Positions 17,915 to 28,852 are shown, numbered from the stretch's first letter. The stretch is DNA of 64,000 nt from an uncultured Gemmatimonadales bacterium (GCA_963844035.1 CAWJMT010000036.1:96001-160000), one strand, 5' to 3'. Program-made: numbers and translations. The notes: a model not told the origin generated them from the sequence alone.

Positions 17915-19783
17915 TGGCGGCGCGCACGCGCACGCTCGCCGGACTGAGCCAGGTCTCGGCGGGCGTTCCCCAGTTTCGTGAGCGGCTGCTGACGAGTCGC
18001 GATCGCGCGAATTCCCTCGACCAGGCGCAGGAGTACCGCGATCTGATCGGTGCGGCCTGGATTCTCGTGACGAACAGCGAGGGCATCCTGGTGGCCCGCA
18101 CCGACTATCCGACGCAATACGACCGCGACCTCTCCCGCGGTGCGCTGATCGCCGGCGCACTCTCGGGTGAGCAGACGAGCGGGGCGTGGCTGGACGACGC
18201 GGCGGGCCGCCTGTTCATGGCCGTTGCGACCCCCCTCGCCGCGTCGCGAACCGCGTCGCCGCAAGGGGTTCTGGTGGCGGCCTACGCGCTGGACGATTCC
18301 CTGGCACAGACGGTCAAGCAGGCAACCGGCTCCGACGTGGTGTTCCTCGCGCTCGACACGCTGAACCGGCCGTACGTGGTGGCGAGCACGCTGCCCCGCG
18401 ACCAGATCGAGCCCGCGCTGATCGCCGACAGCAGTGCGATTCGCGAGCTCGCGAGTCGCGAGCCAGCGAGCGATTCCACCGGGCGCCAGCTCGCGGCCGT
18501 CCTGGGCGGCGAGCACCTGCTCGGCCTCGCGGGGCCGATCCGCTCGGCAGGCGGGGACGTGTACGGTGCCTTCGTCCCGTTCCGATCCCGCGACGCCGAG
18601 CTCGCGGGGTTTCGGGCGCTGCGGCGCACCGTGATGCGTCGCAATCGCGCTGGGGGTGCTGCTGGCGCTGGCGCTCGCGTTCATCCTGGCGCGGCAGATC
18701 GCGCTCCCGGTGCGGCGGCTGGTCGCAGCGACCCGGCGCGTGCAGGACGGCGACTACGATGTCCAGATCGACGTGAAGTCAGGTGACGAGATCGGCATTC
18801 TGTCGCAGGCGTTCCGGAGCCTGGTGGAAGACCTGCGGGAGAAAGCGGCCCTGGTGGACTACATGATCTCGGCGTCCGGCGCCACGGCGACGAAGCAGGT
18901 CACCAGCCTCGCGCCGGGGATGCGGACGGCGGTGGTAACGCCGGGCGGCCAGGCTCCGCGCCCGGGCGCGGTGTTCGACGGTCGGTACGACGTGAAAGAA
19001 CTGCTCGGCGCCGGAGGGATGGGTGTCGTGTACCGCGCGTTCGATCGCGAGCTCGGTGAACCGGTCGCGATCAAGACGCTGCGGCCCGAGCTGCTGGCGG
19101 GGGACAGCGGTTGCCCTGGAGCGGTTCAAGCAGGAAATCCGGCTGGCGCGCAAGATCGCCCACCGTCACGTGGTGCGCACGTACGATCTGGGCGAGGTCG
19201 ACGGGATGTACTACCTCACGATGGAGTACGTGGAGGGCACGTCGCTCAAGCAGCTGATCAACTCGCGCGGCAAGCTGCCGCTCGCCGTGACGCTGACGAT
19301 CGGCAAGCAGCTGTGCCGCGCCCTCGAGGTGGCGCACGAGCAGGGCGTCATCCACCGCGACATCAAGCCGCAGAACATCGTGGTCGAGCCGAACGGCTTC
19401 GTGAAGGTGATGGACTTCGGCATCGCGCGGCTCGTGCATGCGCCGCAGGGCGAGGGCCTGACGCAGGAAGGCGCCTCGATCGGCACGCCCGACTACATGT
19501 CGCCGGAGCAGCTTGCGGGAAGGGAGCTCGATGCCCGGAGTGATCTCTATGCGGCGGGGGTGGTGCTGTTCGAATGTGTGACGGCCCGCCTTCCCTTCCA
19601 CGCCGACACGCCGTGGGCGCTGATGGCGAAGCATCTCGAAGGATCGCCGCCCGATCCGCGCACGCTCAACGCCGAGGTACGGAGCAGCTCGCGAGCGTGA
19701 TCCTCAGGGCCATGGCCAGGGACCCCGGCGATCGGTTCGCGAGCGCGGCGGCAATGCATGATGCCCTGGCGGCGATCGGCTAA
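17911..19783 (+). CDS. Periplasmic sensor + TM + HAMP + Hanks-type Ser/Thr kinase, 5'-truncated (frameshifts ~18637, ~19110, ~19680)
   Basis: HAMP (PVRRLVAATRRVQDGDYD...DEIGIL), LGAGGMGVVY, VAIK, HRDIKPQN, DFG and GTPDYMSPE. In the sensor frame there is no start codon between the stop at 17815 and 18067. Confidence 0.85.
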
Positions 19784-19814
19784 ACGCGCCGCGTCTCCTC
19801 ATATATTCCCGACC

Positions 19815-20336
19815 ATGCGCTATTCAATCATGGTGCTGGCAGCATTGCTCGGCGCGTGTCGCGCGCGCCCGGCCGACAACGCGCGCACCCGGGACACGAC
19901 GGGTATCGCGGAGCGGTTCCCGTTGGGACGGGACTCCACCGACAGCCTGATGCGAACGCCCCGCGTCGTGAACGATGCCGCGGTGGTGGTATTCTGGCTG
20001 CGTGCCGCTGACACCATGGCTGCGGACGATCAGGCTGCTGCGTTCGAGGACCTGCGCTATTACACCGACCAGGTGGCGCCAGCGCTGGCGTCCAATGGGG
20101 TGGGGTTGATCGCCACCCGCGCGGATACGCTCTATGTCACATTGCCCGGCGAGCGCCGGCGGACGATTCTCTTGTCCGGGCTCGACTACCCGTACGGATA
20201 CGTGCTGGTCGATCCCGGTGGGCCGGAGCGCATTCTGACGGGCGTGTATTCGGACGACGATCTGCTCGACGAGCTGCGCGCCTACTTCGATTTATCCGAT
20301 GATTCCGCCTCAGTGGTTCCCCGGGCCACGACCTGA
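19815..20336 (+). CDS. Hypothetical lipoprotein
   Basis: MRYSIMVLAALLGAC lipobox. TATATT lies 7 nt before the ATG. Confidence 0.75.
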   Translation: MRYSIMVLAALLGACRARPADNARTRDTTGIAERFPLGRDSTDSLMRTPRVVNDAAVVVFWLRAADTMAADDQAAAFEDLRYYTDQVAPALASNGVGLIATRADTLYVTLPGERRRTILLSGLDYPYGYVLVDPGGPERILTGVYSDDDLLDELRAYFDLSDDSASVVPRATT

Positions 20337-20346
20337 GGCGGGGTCG

Positions 20347-20424
20347 CGCGAGTGAACTCGCGGCTCGGCGTCTGCCCGTGAACGGGCGTGATGGCGCCGC
20401 TTCAGCGGCGAGGGCCGAGCCGCG
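20347..20424. other. Multi-hairpin structured element between convergent genes (terminator or REP-like)
   Basis: Hairpins CGCGAG-TGAA-CTCGCG, GCCCG-TGAA-CGGGC and CGCCGC-TTCA-GCGGCG, plus an 11-bp enclosing stem 20359-20369/20414-20424. Confidence 0.6.
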
Positions 20425-20427
20425 GCT

Positions 20428-22057
20428 TTAGCCGCGCTCGGGAGCCCCATTCACGTGGAGGCGTAGCGCTGTTTCGGTGAGCCGCGCCGCGGCGGTGGCG
20501 ACGCGCTCGGACGCTGCGGTGAGGTCCCCGAGCGAGGCGATCTGCTGCTGGGTCGCGGCGGATGCTTGCTGGGCACGCTGCGCCGCCACCTCCGCCATCG
20601 AAGCGGTGTCGATCATGCCGCTCGTGACCGCGCGGATCCGGGCGGTATGGGCTTCGGTCTCGGCAGCGAAGCCGGTGGCGAACCGGACGGTGGTGTTCAA
20701 GTCCGTGAAGATCGCTTCGATGGCCTGCCGCACCGCCGCCGACACGGTGCCCACACCCTGCGCCGTGCGGCGCGCGTCGTCCAATGCCGCGAGCAATGCC
20801 GCAATGTTGTCCTGGATTTCCTTCACCCGGGCCCCCACCTCATCCGTCGAGCGGGCGCTCTGCTCGGAAAGCTTGCGAACTTCTGTCGCGACGACGCGGA
20901 ACCCGAGGCCGTGCTGGCCGGCTCGTGCGGCCTCGATCGCCGCATTGAGGGCGAGCAGATCGGTCTGGCTGGCGACCCGCGCGATGCTGTCCACCAGCTT
21001 GCCGATCTCGCGCGACCCGATTTCGAGGGTGGCGGCGGCGCCCGAGACCTGATCCATGCGCTCGACCAGGGTCACCAGCAGCTCCCCGGCTCGACCAATT
21101 TCGTCGCCGTGGCGGCGCGCCTGCTGCGCAACAGCGCTGACCTGCCGCTCCGCCTCCCGCGCGCGTCCGTGGAGTGCCGACGCCACGCCAGCCGCCGCCT
21201 CAGCAGCGGTCCGGCCCTGCCCGATCAGCTCGCGCTGGCGCTCGGCGCCCTGAAAGAGGTTCTGCACCGTGACCGAGCTTTCCAGGGCCGCCGACTGCAA
21301 CAGCCGCGCCGCGCCCGCCAAGTGCTGCGCCAGGCTGCCAAGCTCGCGCGACTCCTTCTGCACCTGGCGCACGGCACCCGCAATGGCGTCACTGGTCCGA
21401 TTGAGTCCCTGCTCCACCAGCCCCACGTCGTCGAGCTCTGGTTGGGGCACGCGCACTGTGAGATCGCCGTGCTCGATGCCGGCAAGGATGGCGCGGGTCC
21501 CGCGTAGCCGGTCGACGATCCTGACCACCAGGGGAATCAGCGAGGCCGTGCTGATGCACAGGATCAACGCCTCCTGCGCGAAGGTGACCCAGGTCCAATC
21601 CGGGCCGCCCTGGCGGAGAGCAGTGGCCACGGCGAACCCCACGAGGTTCAGAACGAGCGCGTACCACGCCTCACGCTGGCCGAGGGAGAATGCGGTGAGG
21701 AGCGGGCCGATCAGGTAGACGGCGTAGGCGAGGTGACCGGCCGGTCCGAGGGCGTAGAGGACTGCCGAAATCATCGCACTTCCGACGCCCATGTCGAGCG
21801 TCGCGTGCCACGCCGTGCAGGGGCCGATCGCGCGCCAGGCGCTGCAGCGCCAGATTCATCCCGACGAAGCACACCGCGAACGCCGGAACGAACCACCAGG
21901 AGATCGTGATGAGTCGCAGCAGCCGGGCCACGCCCAGCACCGCCACCGCACCGCCGACCCAGCGCCAACGCGCGCGCGTCGCGGCGAGCACGTATGCACG
22001 ACGTTTGGCGCGCAGCTCCTCCGCGGCTGGGTCGGCGACGCTGGGGTCAGGCGGCAT
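20428..22057 (-). CDS. Methyl-accepting chemotaxis protein with multi-TM N-terminus (frameshift ~21815)
   Basis: [38 protein letters not shown] hairpin tip and a HAMP domain. The N-terminus [10 protein letters not shown]... is in another frame. Confidence 0.9.
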
Positions 22058-22105
22058 CGGGGGAAAATGGCCGACGCGTCCCGTGAGGGGTAGAGGGCAC
22101 GGGCC

Positions 22106-23098
22106 GTGATCGTATCCGCCCTCCTCCTTGCGACCGTGGCCCTTGTCCAGGCGCCCGCCGATTCGACCGGCGCAACGTTGTATAGGGCGTGGTGCGCCAT
22201 TTGCCATGGGGCGGATGGCCGCGGCGCGCCTGCCCACCAGACGCAGCTGTCCGTACGCCCGGCGAACCTCGCCGAGTGCAAGACGTCCACCGCCGAGACG
22301 GAGGATCAATGGACGGACATCGTGCGAGAGGGCGGCGCGGCGTTCGGCCTGTCGCTCGACATGCCGGCGTACGGCCAAGCCGCGACGCCTGAGCAGCTCC
22401 GGGCCGTGGTGCGCTACATCCGCTCGCTGTGCCAGGAACGGGGCTGGCCACCCGGCGAGCTGAACTTCCCCCGGGCATTTCTCGCCGAGAAGGCGTTCCC
22501 CGAGAACGAGGTGGTCGTGACGGCGCACGGGACGGGCCAGGAGTACATCTACGAGTGGCGCGTCGGCCGGCGCGCGCAGATTGAGGCGAGCGCGCGCACC
22601 GTGTTCGACTCGGCCGGCGACCCATTCGATGGCGTGACGGCCGCGCTCAAGTACAACGTCTGGCATTCGGCGGCGCGGCGCGCCATCGCGAGTGTCGGTC
22701 TCGAGGCCACCCCGCCGGTCGGGCGGCAGGAGGCCTGGGAGCTGGAGCCATTCTTCGCGTTCGGGGCGAACCCGCTACCGGCGCTGTTTATCCAAGGGGA
22801 GCTTGCAGGCGCGTGGGAGGACGGGGAGGGCATGGCCGACTTCTCGTACAGCCTCGGTGTTGGCCGCGAGGTCGGGCGCTTCGTTCCCATGATCGAGGTC
22901 GGCGGTACCGTGCCACGGGAAGGCGAGAGCTCCATGTCGCTCGTGCCTCAGGTCTGGTTCCGGCTCTCGCGACTGGGGCATGTGGCTGGCTCACTCGGAG
23001 TCGAGATTCCGGTGCAAGGGCCCGAGCCGCATCATCCGCGCCTCACGGCGTTCGTGCTCTGGGACTTTGGCGACGGTGGACTGTTCAAGGGCTGGTAG
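22106..23098 (+). CDS. Monoheme c-type cytochrome fused to a predicted outer-membrane beta-barrel
   Basis: Signal peptide, C30-A-I-C33-H34 and distal MPAYG (M86), then ~200 aa of alternating amphipathic strands ending in Trp. Confidence 0.75.
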   Translation: MIVSALLLATVALVQAPADSTGATLYRAWCAICHGADGRGAPAHQTQLSVRPANLAECKTSTAETEDQWTDIVREGGAAFGLSLDMPAYGQAATPEQLRAVVRYIRSLCQERGWPPGELNFPRAFLAEKAFPENEVVVTAHGTGQEYIYEWRVGRRAQIEASARTVFDSAGDPFDGVTAALKYNVWHSAARRAIASVGLEATPPVGRQEAWELEPFFAFGANPLPALFIQGELAGAWEDGEGMADFSYSLGVGREVGRFVPMIEVGGTVPREGESSMSLVPQVWFRLSRLGHVAGSLGVEIPVQGPEPHHPRLTAFVLWDFGDGGLFKGW

Positions 23099-23579
23099 GG
23101 TGTTTTTCGATGTAGGCATTCAGCGCGCGCGCCGCCTGGGCTCGGATCGCGCGTTGGACCGGGGGCGCCCAGCCAAGCAGCAGCCCTTTCATGCCGAGGG
23201 CCTGGCGGGCCCAGGCGTAGAGGTCGAACACGTCGGTATGGCGGTGGATCTTGCCGTCTCGAAACGTGAATGAGGCTGTCACGCGATTGTGCACCGGCCG
23301 ACCGGTCTGGGTGAAGGTGTACCAGGCTTCCCAGTGCGCCGAGACCCCCTCGGCGGACGGGTGCACGCTGGGCAACTCGATCCGCAGGTCGGTGGCGCGC
23401 TCGCACAGCATGCGCCACATCGCGCCGACCCGCCACCCGGCGAGATCGGTGAACACCGGATCGTGGAACTCGGCATCGGGTGCGTAGCAAGCCGCCATCG
23501 TACGGTGATCGCGTCGCTGAAAGGCGGCGTAGAACGACCGGACCAAATCGACGTGCGGCTCCATCGTGGTGCTAGGCAT
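23085..23579 (-). CDS. NTF2/SnoaL-like protein
   Basis: FYAAFQRRDHRTMAACYAPDAEFHDPVF...MWRML...GKIHRHTDVFD. Confidence 0.9.
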   Translation of the reverse strand: MPSTTMEPHVDLVRSFYAAFQRRDHRTMAACYAPDAEFHDPVFTDLAGWRVGAMWRMLCERATDLRIELPSVHPSAEGVSAHWEAWYTFTQTGRPVHNRVTASFTFRDGKIHRHTDVFDLYAWARQALGMKGLLLGWAPPVQRAIRAQAARALNAYIEKHPTSP

Positions 23580-24069
23580 CACCTTCCCGCTCGGATCGCT
23601 GCCGCCAAAGCGCGCGCAGCAGCAACAGCGCGCCGATGGTGATCCCGGTGTCGGCGACGTTGAACGTCCAGAACCGCCACGCGGGCACGCCAATGTCAAT
23701 GAAGTCGACGACACCGCGCGGCGATATCAGGCGACTCAGCAGATTCCCGAGTGCTCCACCCAGGATGAGCGCCAGCGCAGCTGCTCGAATGCGATCGGTG
23801 ACCGGGGTAGCGAGGTACAAACGGAACAGGAAGGCGATGACTACCAATGCCAGGGCGGACAGGCCGACCCGCGAGTACGAGCCGAGCGACATGCTCATGG
23901 CGGCTCCCGGGTTGTGGGTGAGCGTGAGACGGACGACGCTTCCCAACACCTCATGCGGCGTATGCTCGGGCGCCAGGTAAGTCTCGGCCAGCCGCTTGGT
24001 GCTACAGTCCGCGACCAAGAGCGTGGCCAGAACGGGCCAGAAGGCACGGGCTCGCGGCGGCCAGGTCAT
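23572..24069 (-). CDS. lspA: Lipoprotein signal peptidase II
   Basis: NPGAAMS, GGALGN, GVVDFID and FNVAD motifs. Confidence 0.9.
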   Translation of the reverse strand: MTWPPRARAFWPVLATLLVADCSTKRLAETYLAPEHTPHEVLGSVVRLTLTHNPGAAMSMSLGSYSRVGLSALALVVIAFLFRLYLATPVTDRIRAAALALILGGALGNLLSRLISPRGVVDFIDIGVPAWRFWTFNVADTGITIGALLLLRALWRQRSEREGDA

Positions 24070-24103
24070 GTCCACTGCTTCCTGGTGGCTAAGGGTGTCG
24101 GTG

Positions 24104-24637
24104 CTAGTGGCCGGCAGTGACCAACTTCGCGACCTCGAACCCTTGCGCCGCCGCGGTGGCCAACAGCCGTGCGTAAATTGCGTCGTCCATCTGGGGGCTT
24201 CGGGACAGCACCCAGAGATACTCGCGGTTCGGGGTCCCCACCAGCGCAGCACTGTAGTCATCGGTGAGGTCGAGAATCCAGTAGTCGCCCCACACCATCG
24301 ACAAGAACGACAAGAACCCCGGCGCAAAGCGCACCTTGAGCCTCGAGGTCGGGCCTTGCCGGTCGGCCAGACGCGCCCGCCCTTCAGCTCGGATCACTTG
24401 TCCCTCGGCCCCACGGCATGTGTTGGTGACGCGGAACTCGCCGCCGGGAAGCAGCTCGTACAGCGCCGTCGTCTCTCCCCGGCACTTCTCCTGGAAGCGA
24501 TTCGGGAGCCGCGCGACTTCGTGCCAAAGGCCGGCGTAGCGCTCGAGGTCTACCGTGGGCACGCTGCGTACCTGGCCCAGGACAGCGTCTTGCGTGGCAA
24601 GCGCCGCGAGGATGATGGTGAGGAGATGGGCTGTCAC
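24104..24637 (-). CDS. blc: Bacterial lipocalin (Blc-like)
   Basis: VDLERYAGLWHEVARLPNRFQ, GDYWILDL and YLWVLSR. GTG start in a GTGA overlap. Confidence 0.88.
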   Translation of the reverse strand: MTAHLLTIILAALATQDAVLGQVRSVPTVDLERYAGLWHEVARLPNRFQEKCRGETTALYELLPGGEFRVTNTCRGAEGQVIRAEGRARLADRQGPTSRLKVRFAPGFLSFLSMVWGDYWILDLTDDYSAALVGTPNREYLWVLSRSPQMDDAIYARLLATAAAQGFEVAKLVTAGH

Positions 24638-24924
24638 TGCTCCTGTCCCCGTCGCCACGCGCGCAACAAGCCCCACACGAGGCCGAGCCCGAAGCCGATC
24701 GGGCCGGTGATCAGAATCCCCAACAGCGGGCCCTGGTTGGCGCCGGGCGTCACGATCATCGGGCCCACGAAGCCCGCGAGGAAGGAGATACCGCCGACGA
24801 ACAAGGCGAAGCCGACGGGGTGCTCGCGCCGCCACCAGCGGTTCTGCACGGGGCCATAGCAAACGGCGCCCCAGACCGCGGCGATCGGCACGAGCGGGAT
24901 CATTAGGGAGATCAGCAGCCCCAT
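24634..24924 (-). CDS. Small membrane protein
   Basis: 96 aa with three hydrophobic segments and a GFVGPM...ANQGPLLGILITGP motif. Confidence 0.7.
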   Translation of the reverse strand: MGLLISLMIPLVPIAAVWGAVCYGPVQNRWWRREHPVGFALFVGGISFLAGFVGPMIVTPGANQGPLLGILITGPIGFGLGLVWGLLRAWRRGQEQ

Positions 24925-24952
24925 GGCGCGTGGTGCGGCCAGGCTGCGGCCA

Positions 24953-26164
24953 CTACTCGTATCTCAGGGCGACGATCGGGTCGAGACGCGCCGCGCGGCG
25001 CGCCGGCCAGATGCCGAAGAAGAGGCCGATGCCGGCGCTGAACACGAATGCCAGCAGGATGGCGAGCGGGGAGATCAGGGTGTTCCAGTGCGCGATCCAC
25101 GAGATCACAACCGCGCCCAGCGTGCCGAGCAGGACGCCGATCAGTCCCCCCAACAGGCACAACACGAGTGCTTCGACCAGAAACTGAAACAGGATATTGA
25201 ACCGCGTGGCGCCGAGCGCTTTGCGGACGCCGATCTCGCGCGTACGCTCGGTGACCGATACGAGCATGATGTTCATGATCCCGATGCCGCCCACCAGCAG
25301 GCTCACGGCGGCGATCCCGGCAAGGAGGTACTTGAACGTGTCGGTCGTCTGCTGGAGGGTCGCCAAGATGTCGGTCTGGTTGCGGATCTGGAAGTCATTG
25401 TCCTGACCCGGCCGGATCTTGTGCTGGCGCCGCAGCACCCGCTCGATCTCGATCATCGCGAGGTTCATGGATTCGACGTCACGGGCTTGCACCGCGATGT
25501 TGCGCAACCGGTCGGTGCCCATGACACGGTAGCGTGCCGTTTGCAGCGGGATGAGGATCTGCTCGTCGGGGTTGGAGAAACCCTGTGCCCCCTTCACCGA
25601 CAGCACGCCGATGATGTCGAAGGCGATACTGCGGATGAGGATCTGCTGGCCGATCATGGCGTCGCGATTCGAGTTGAGCATGGTAGGAACGGATCCCCCG
25701 AGCACCGCCACCCGGCGCCGTGCTGCGTCGTCCCCGGCGGTGAACATCCGGCCCGCGGTCACCGTGTAGGTGTGGACCGGGGCGTACTCCGCGGTCGTCC
25801 CCACGACGTTCACGTTGATGTTCTGATCGCCCAGCTCCACCTGGAGATTACTGCTCAGTTCCGGCACGACCGCAGTCACGTACCGAGCATTGTTCGCGAG
25901 CGCCGTGTCATCGTCCAGGGTCAGGCTCACGCGGCTGCTGCTCGCGACGCCGCGGTTGAAGCTCTGGCCGGGGTTCACGCTCAGCAACGTGGGACCGAGC
26001 GCCTGGATCCGGTCCTGCACCGACTTCTGGGCCCCCGATCCCAGCGCGATCATCGTGATGACGGCACCCACGCCGATGATGATGCCCAGCATGGTGAGCA
26101 GCGAGCGGAGTTTGTTTGCCCGCAGCGCATCGAGCGCCACCGTGATGATCTCGCCGATCAGCAC
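24953..26164 (-). CDS. MacB/FtsX-like ABC permease
   Basis: RSLLTMLGIIIGV, GGIGIMNIMLVSVTERTREIG and PARRAARLDPIVALRYE. Confidence 0.95.
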   Translation of the reverse strand: MLIGEIITVALDALRANKLRSLLTMLGIIIGVGAVITMIALGSGAQKSVQDRIQALGPTLLSVNPGQSFNRGVASSSRVSLTLDDDTALANNARYVTAVVPELSSNLQVELGDQNINVNVVGTTAEYAPVHTYTVTAGRMFTAGDDAARRRVAVLGGSVPTMLNSNRDAMIGQQILIRSIAFDIIGVLSVKGAQGFSNPDEQILIPLQTARYRVMGTDRLRNIAVQARDVESMNLAMIEIERVLRRQHKIRPGQDNDFQIRNQTDILATLQQTTDTFKYLLAGIAAVSLLVGGIGIMNIMLVSVTERTREIGVRKALGATRFNILFQFLVEALVLCLLGGLIGVLLGTLGAVVISWIAHWNTLISPLAILLAFVFSAGIGLFFGIWPARRAARLDPIVALRYE

Positions 26165-26165
26165 G

Positions 26166-27317
26166 CTACCTCCCTCCGGCGCCGGTGAGCACGATCACCG
26201 TATCATGTGCCGTCACACCGCTCACGACCTCGATATAGTCCTGGTCGGTAAGCCCCGTCGTGATGGGCACGGGAACGATCTGGCCGGTCCGTGACGCGAA
26301 CACGACGTAGCGTCCGCCGGTTGTGATTGAGTCCGTCGCGGACGGGGTGGCCACCTGGCGCTGCACGGCGAGCGAGTCGAGTCCGAGAACGCGCGCCGCG
26401 GAGGCGATGTCGCGCGGCGTCCGGAGCGCCGCGTTGGGCACCGCGAGCACGCCCTGGCGCTGCCCGATGTGAATCTGGACCTCGGTGTTCATCCCCGGCT
26501 TCAGCACGTGATCGGGGTTCACGATGTTCACCTGAACCGGGAACATCGTGACGTTCTGGGTGACCTGCGCCTGGGGCTCGATCTTCAAGACCCTGCCGTT
26601 GAACGTGCGGTTCGGGAACGCGTCCACGGTGATCGTCACCGTCATCCCAGGCTGGATCTTGCCGACATCCGTTTCGTCGACGAGCGCCGACACCTGCACC
26701 GTGTCGAGGTTCGCAATCTTGAGAATCACCGTGCCCCCGGCCACGTCGTTCGTGGGGCTGGAGATCACGGTGCCGAGCACCGCGGAGAGCTCGAGCACCA
26801 TACCGGTCACCGGCGAACCGACGCGCGTGTCGGCCATCGCGTCCTTGGCGGTCTGGAGGTTCGCCTGCGCGGTGACGACCGCCGATCGGGCCGTCGCGGC
26901 TCCCAGCTGGGAAGAGTCGTAGCCGGCGTGGGTGATCGACTGAGTCTGGAAGAGCGCCTCGCTGCGCTTGAGCTGCGCGGTGGCGTTGTCGAGCTGCGCC
27001 TTGGCGACGGCGAGGCTCGCCTGGGCCTGGGCGAGGTTGCTTTGCGGAATGCGCGGATCGATCCGGGCCAGCAGCTGACCCTTCGTGACCTCGTCGCCCG
27101 TCTGCACCGGCATCTCGAGGATTTCTCCCGACGCCTTGGATTTCACGCTCAACGTGAGAATCGGCTGGATGACGCCGGACGCGGTCGCCGTGACGACGAT
27201 ATCACGTGTTTCGACGGGGACCCGTTGATACAGGGGCGTGGTCTGCGCCTTGCGGCAGGCACCGGCGACCACGCTCGACGCCGCGACTGCGGCCAGGAGG
27301 CAACGTTGCGCAGTCAC
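26166..27317 (-). CDS. Periplasmic adaptor (MacA-like MFP), copy 2
   Basis: Lipobox-like AGAC, lipoyl half-motifs (VKSKASGEI, SPVTG), LKPGMNT and TGLTD. Confidence 0.92.
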   Translation of the reverse strand: MTAQRCLLAAVAASSVVAGACRKAQTTPLYQRVPVETRDIVVTATASGVIQPILTLSVKSKASGEILEMPVQTGDEVTKGQLLARIDPRIPQSNLAQAQASLAVAKAQLDNATAQLKRSEALFQTQSITHAGYDSSQLGAATARSAVVTAQANLQTAKDAMADTRVGSPVTGMVLELSAVLGTVISSPTNDVAGGTVILKIANLDTVQVSALVDETDVGKIQPGMTVTITVDAFPNRTFNGRVLKIEPQAQVTQNVTMFPVQVNIVNPDHVLKPGMNTEVQIHIGQRQGVLAVPNAALRTPRDIASAARVLGLDSLAVQRQVATPSATDSITTGGRYVVFASRTGQIVPVPITTGLTDQDYIEVVSGVTAHDTVIVLTGAGGR

Positions 27318-27318
27318 A

Positions 27319-28852
27319 TTACCTCGCCGGCGCGCCCGGTGCCGGTTGCTGTTTTAGGCCGGGGAGGCCGCCGCCGGTCACGTTCTGGAAGCGCTGGCGG
27401 AATTGCTGTTGCGCCTGCACCAGCGACGCGCTCGGCAGCACGAGCACGGAGTCCGTTTCGGTCAGTCCGCTTGTAACCTCGATAAAGTCCTGATCGCTGA
27501 GCCCCGTGCGGATTGATACGGGCATGATCTTGCCACCCCGAACCACGAACACGATGTAGCTGCTCGACACCGGGCCGCGTGATCGCCCGCCCGCACCGCG
27601 TCCACCGCCCGCGCCTCGTCCGCCACCCGCTCGCCCGCCGCCGGAGGGCCGCGCGCCCGTGGCCGCTCTGCCCCCGGCCGAGTCCTGTCCCCGGGCGGCA
27701 CGAACCTGAGCCAGCAAACTCCGCTCGGCATCGGTCAGCTCGCCGCCGCTCCTCGCCTTTTCGAACGCCGACCGCACCTGTTCAGGCGTCACGCCCGGGG
27801 GCAACGGCCCCATGCGTCCGCCGCGTTCCCCGGCAGAACGGCGCTCGGCGGTGTCCCCACCGGTCCGCGGCGGCGGGGGCGCGGCGGCGGCTGCGGCCAA
27901 CTGCTGCTCGACCGCCTGTGGGTCGAGCCCGAGCACGCTCGCCGCGGAGGCGACGTCCCGAGGCGTGCGGAGCGTGGCGTTGGGGATCGCGATCACATTC
28001 TGCACCTGTCCCATGTGAACCCGCACGCCGGTGTTCATCCCCGGCTTGAGCACGTGCCCCGGATTCGGGATGTTCACGCGCACGGGAAACATCGTGACGT
28101 TCTGGCTGATCTGCGCCTGCGGCTCGATCTTCAGGACGGTACCCTCGAACGTGCGGTTCGGGTATGCATCCACCGTGATCGTCACCGGCATTCCGGGCTG
28201 CACCTTCCCGATGTCCGTTTCCACCACGAGCGCCGAGTCCTGCACAGTATCGAGGCTCGCCATCTTGAGGATCACCGTGCCACCGCCGAGCGTTGGGCTC
28301 GAGATGACGGTGCCGCGCACCGCGTCGAGCTCGAGGATCGTGCCGGTAATCGGCGCGCGCACATGGGTGTCATCCATGGCCTCCTGGGCCGTGCGCAGCT
28401 GCGCCTTGGCGGTGACGACCGCCGACTGCGCCGTGATGTACGCCAGCCTCGCACGCTCATAGTCGGTTTCCGCGATGGATTCGCTCTTGTAGAGCGCCTC
28501 ACTCCGCTGGAACTGCGCAGTCGCGTTCGTGAGCTGGGCGTGCGCCTTGCTGAGGTTGGCCTGCGCCTCGGTCAGGTTGTCGCGCGGAATCCGGGGGTCG
28601 ATCCTGACGAGCAGCTGGCCCTTTTTCACTTCGTCGCCGGTCTGCACCGGCATCTCGATGATTTCGCCCCAGGCCTTCGATTTCACGCTGAACGTGAGGA
28701 TCGGCTTGATCACGCCCGTGGTGGTCGATGTGAGCACGACGTTGCGGCGTTCGACCGCGACTGTTTCGTAGAGCGGCGCGGACTGCGCTTTGGTACAGCC
28801 GGTGATGCCGACGAGCGAACGCCGCGGACGTGGCGAGGAGCAGGTGCTTCAG
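27319..28852 (-). CDS. Periplasmic adaptor (MacA-like MFP), copy 1, with Gly/Arg-rich insertion (frameshift ~28818)
   Basis: Paralog of the adjacent MFP. The frame extends upstream as [24 protein letters not shown]. Possible CTG start at 28852. Confidence 0.88.

Noticed and set aside
21671..22666. 331-aa minus-strand ORF overlapping the cytochrome gene
   Set aside because: Only its last part (from [10 protein letters not shown] at 22057) is real, as the frameshifted MCP N-terminus. The rest is antisense to the cytochrome.
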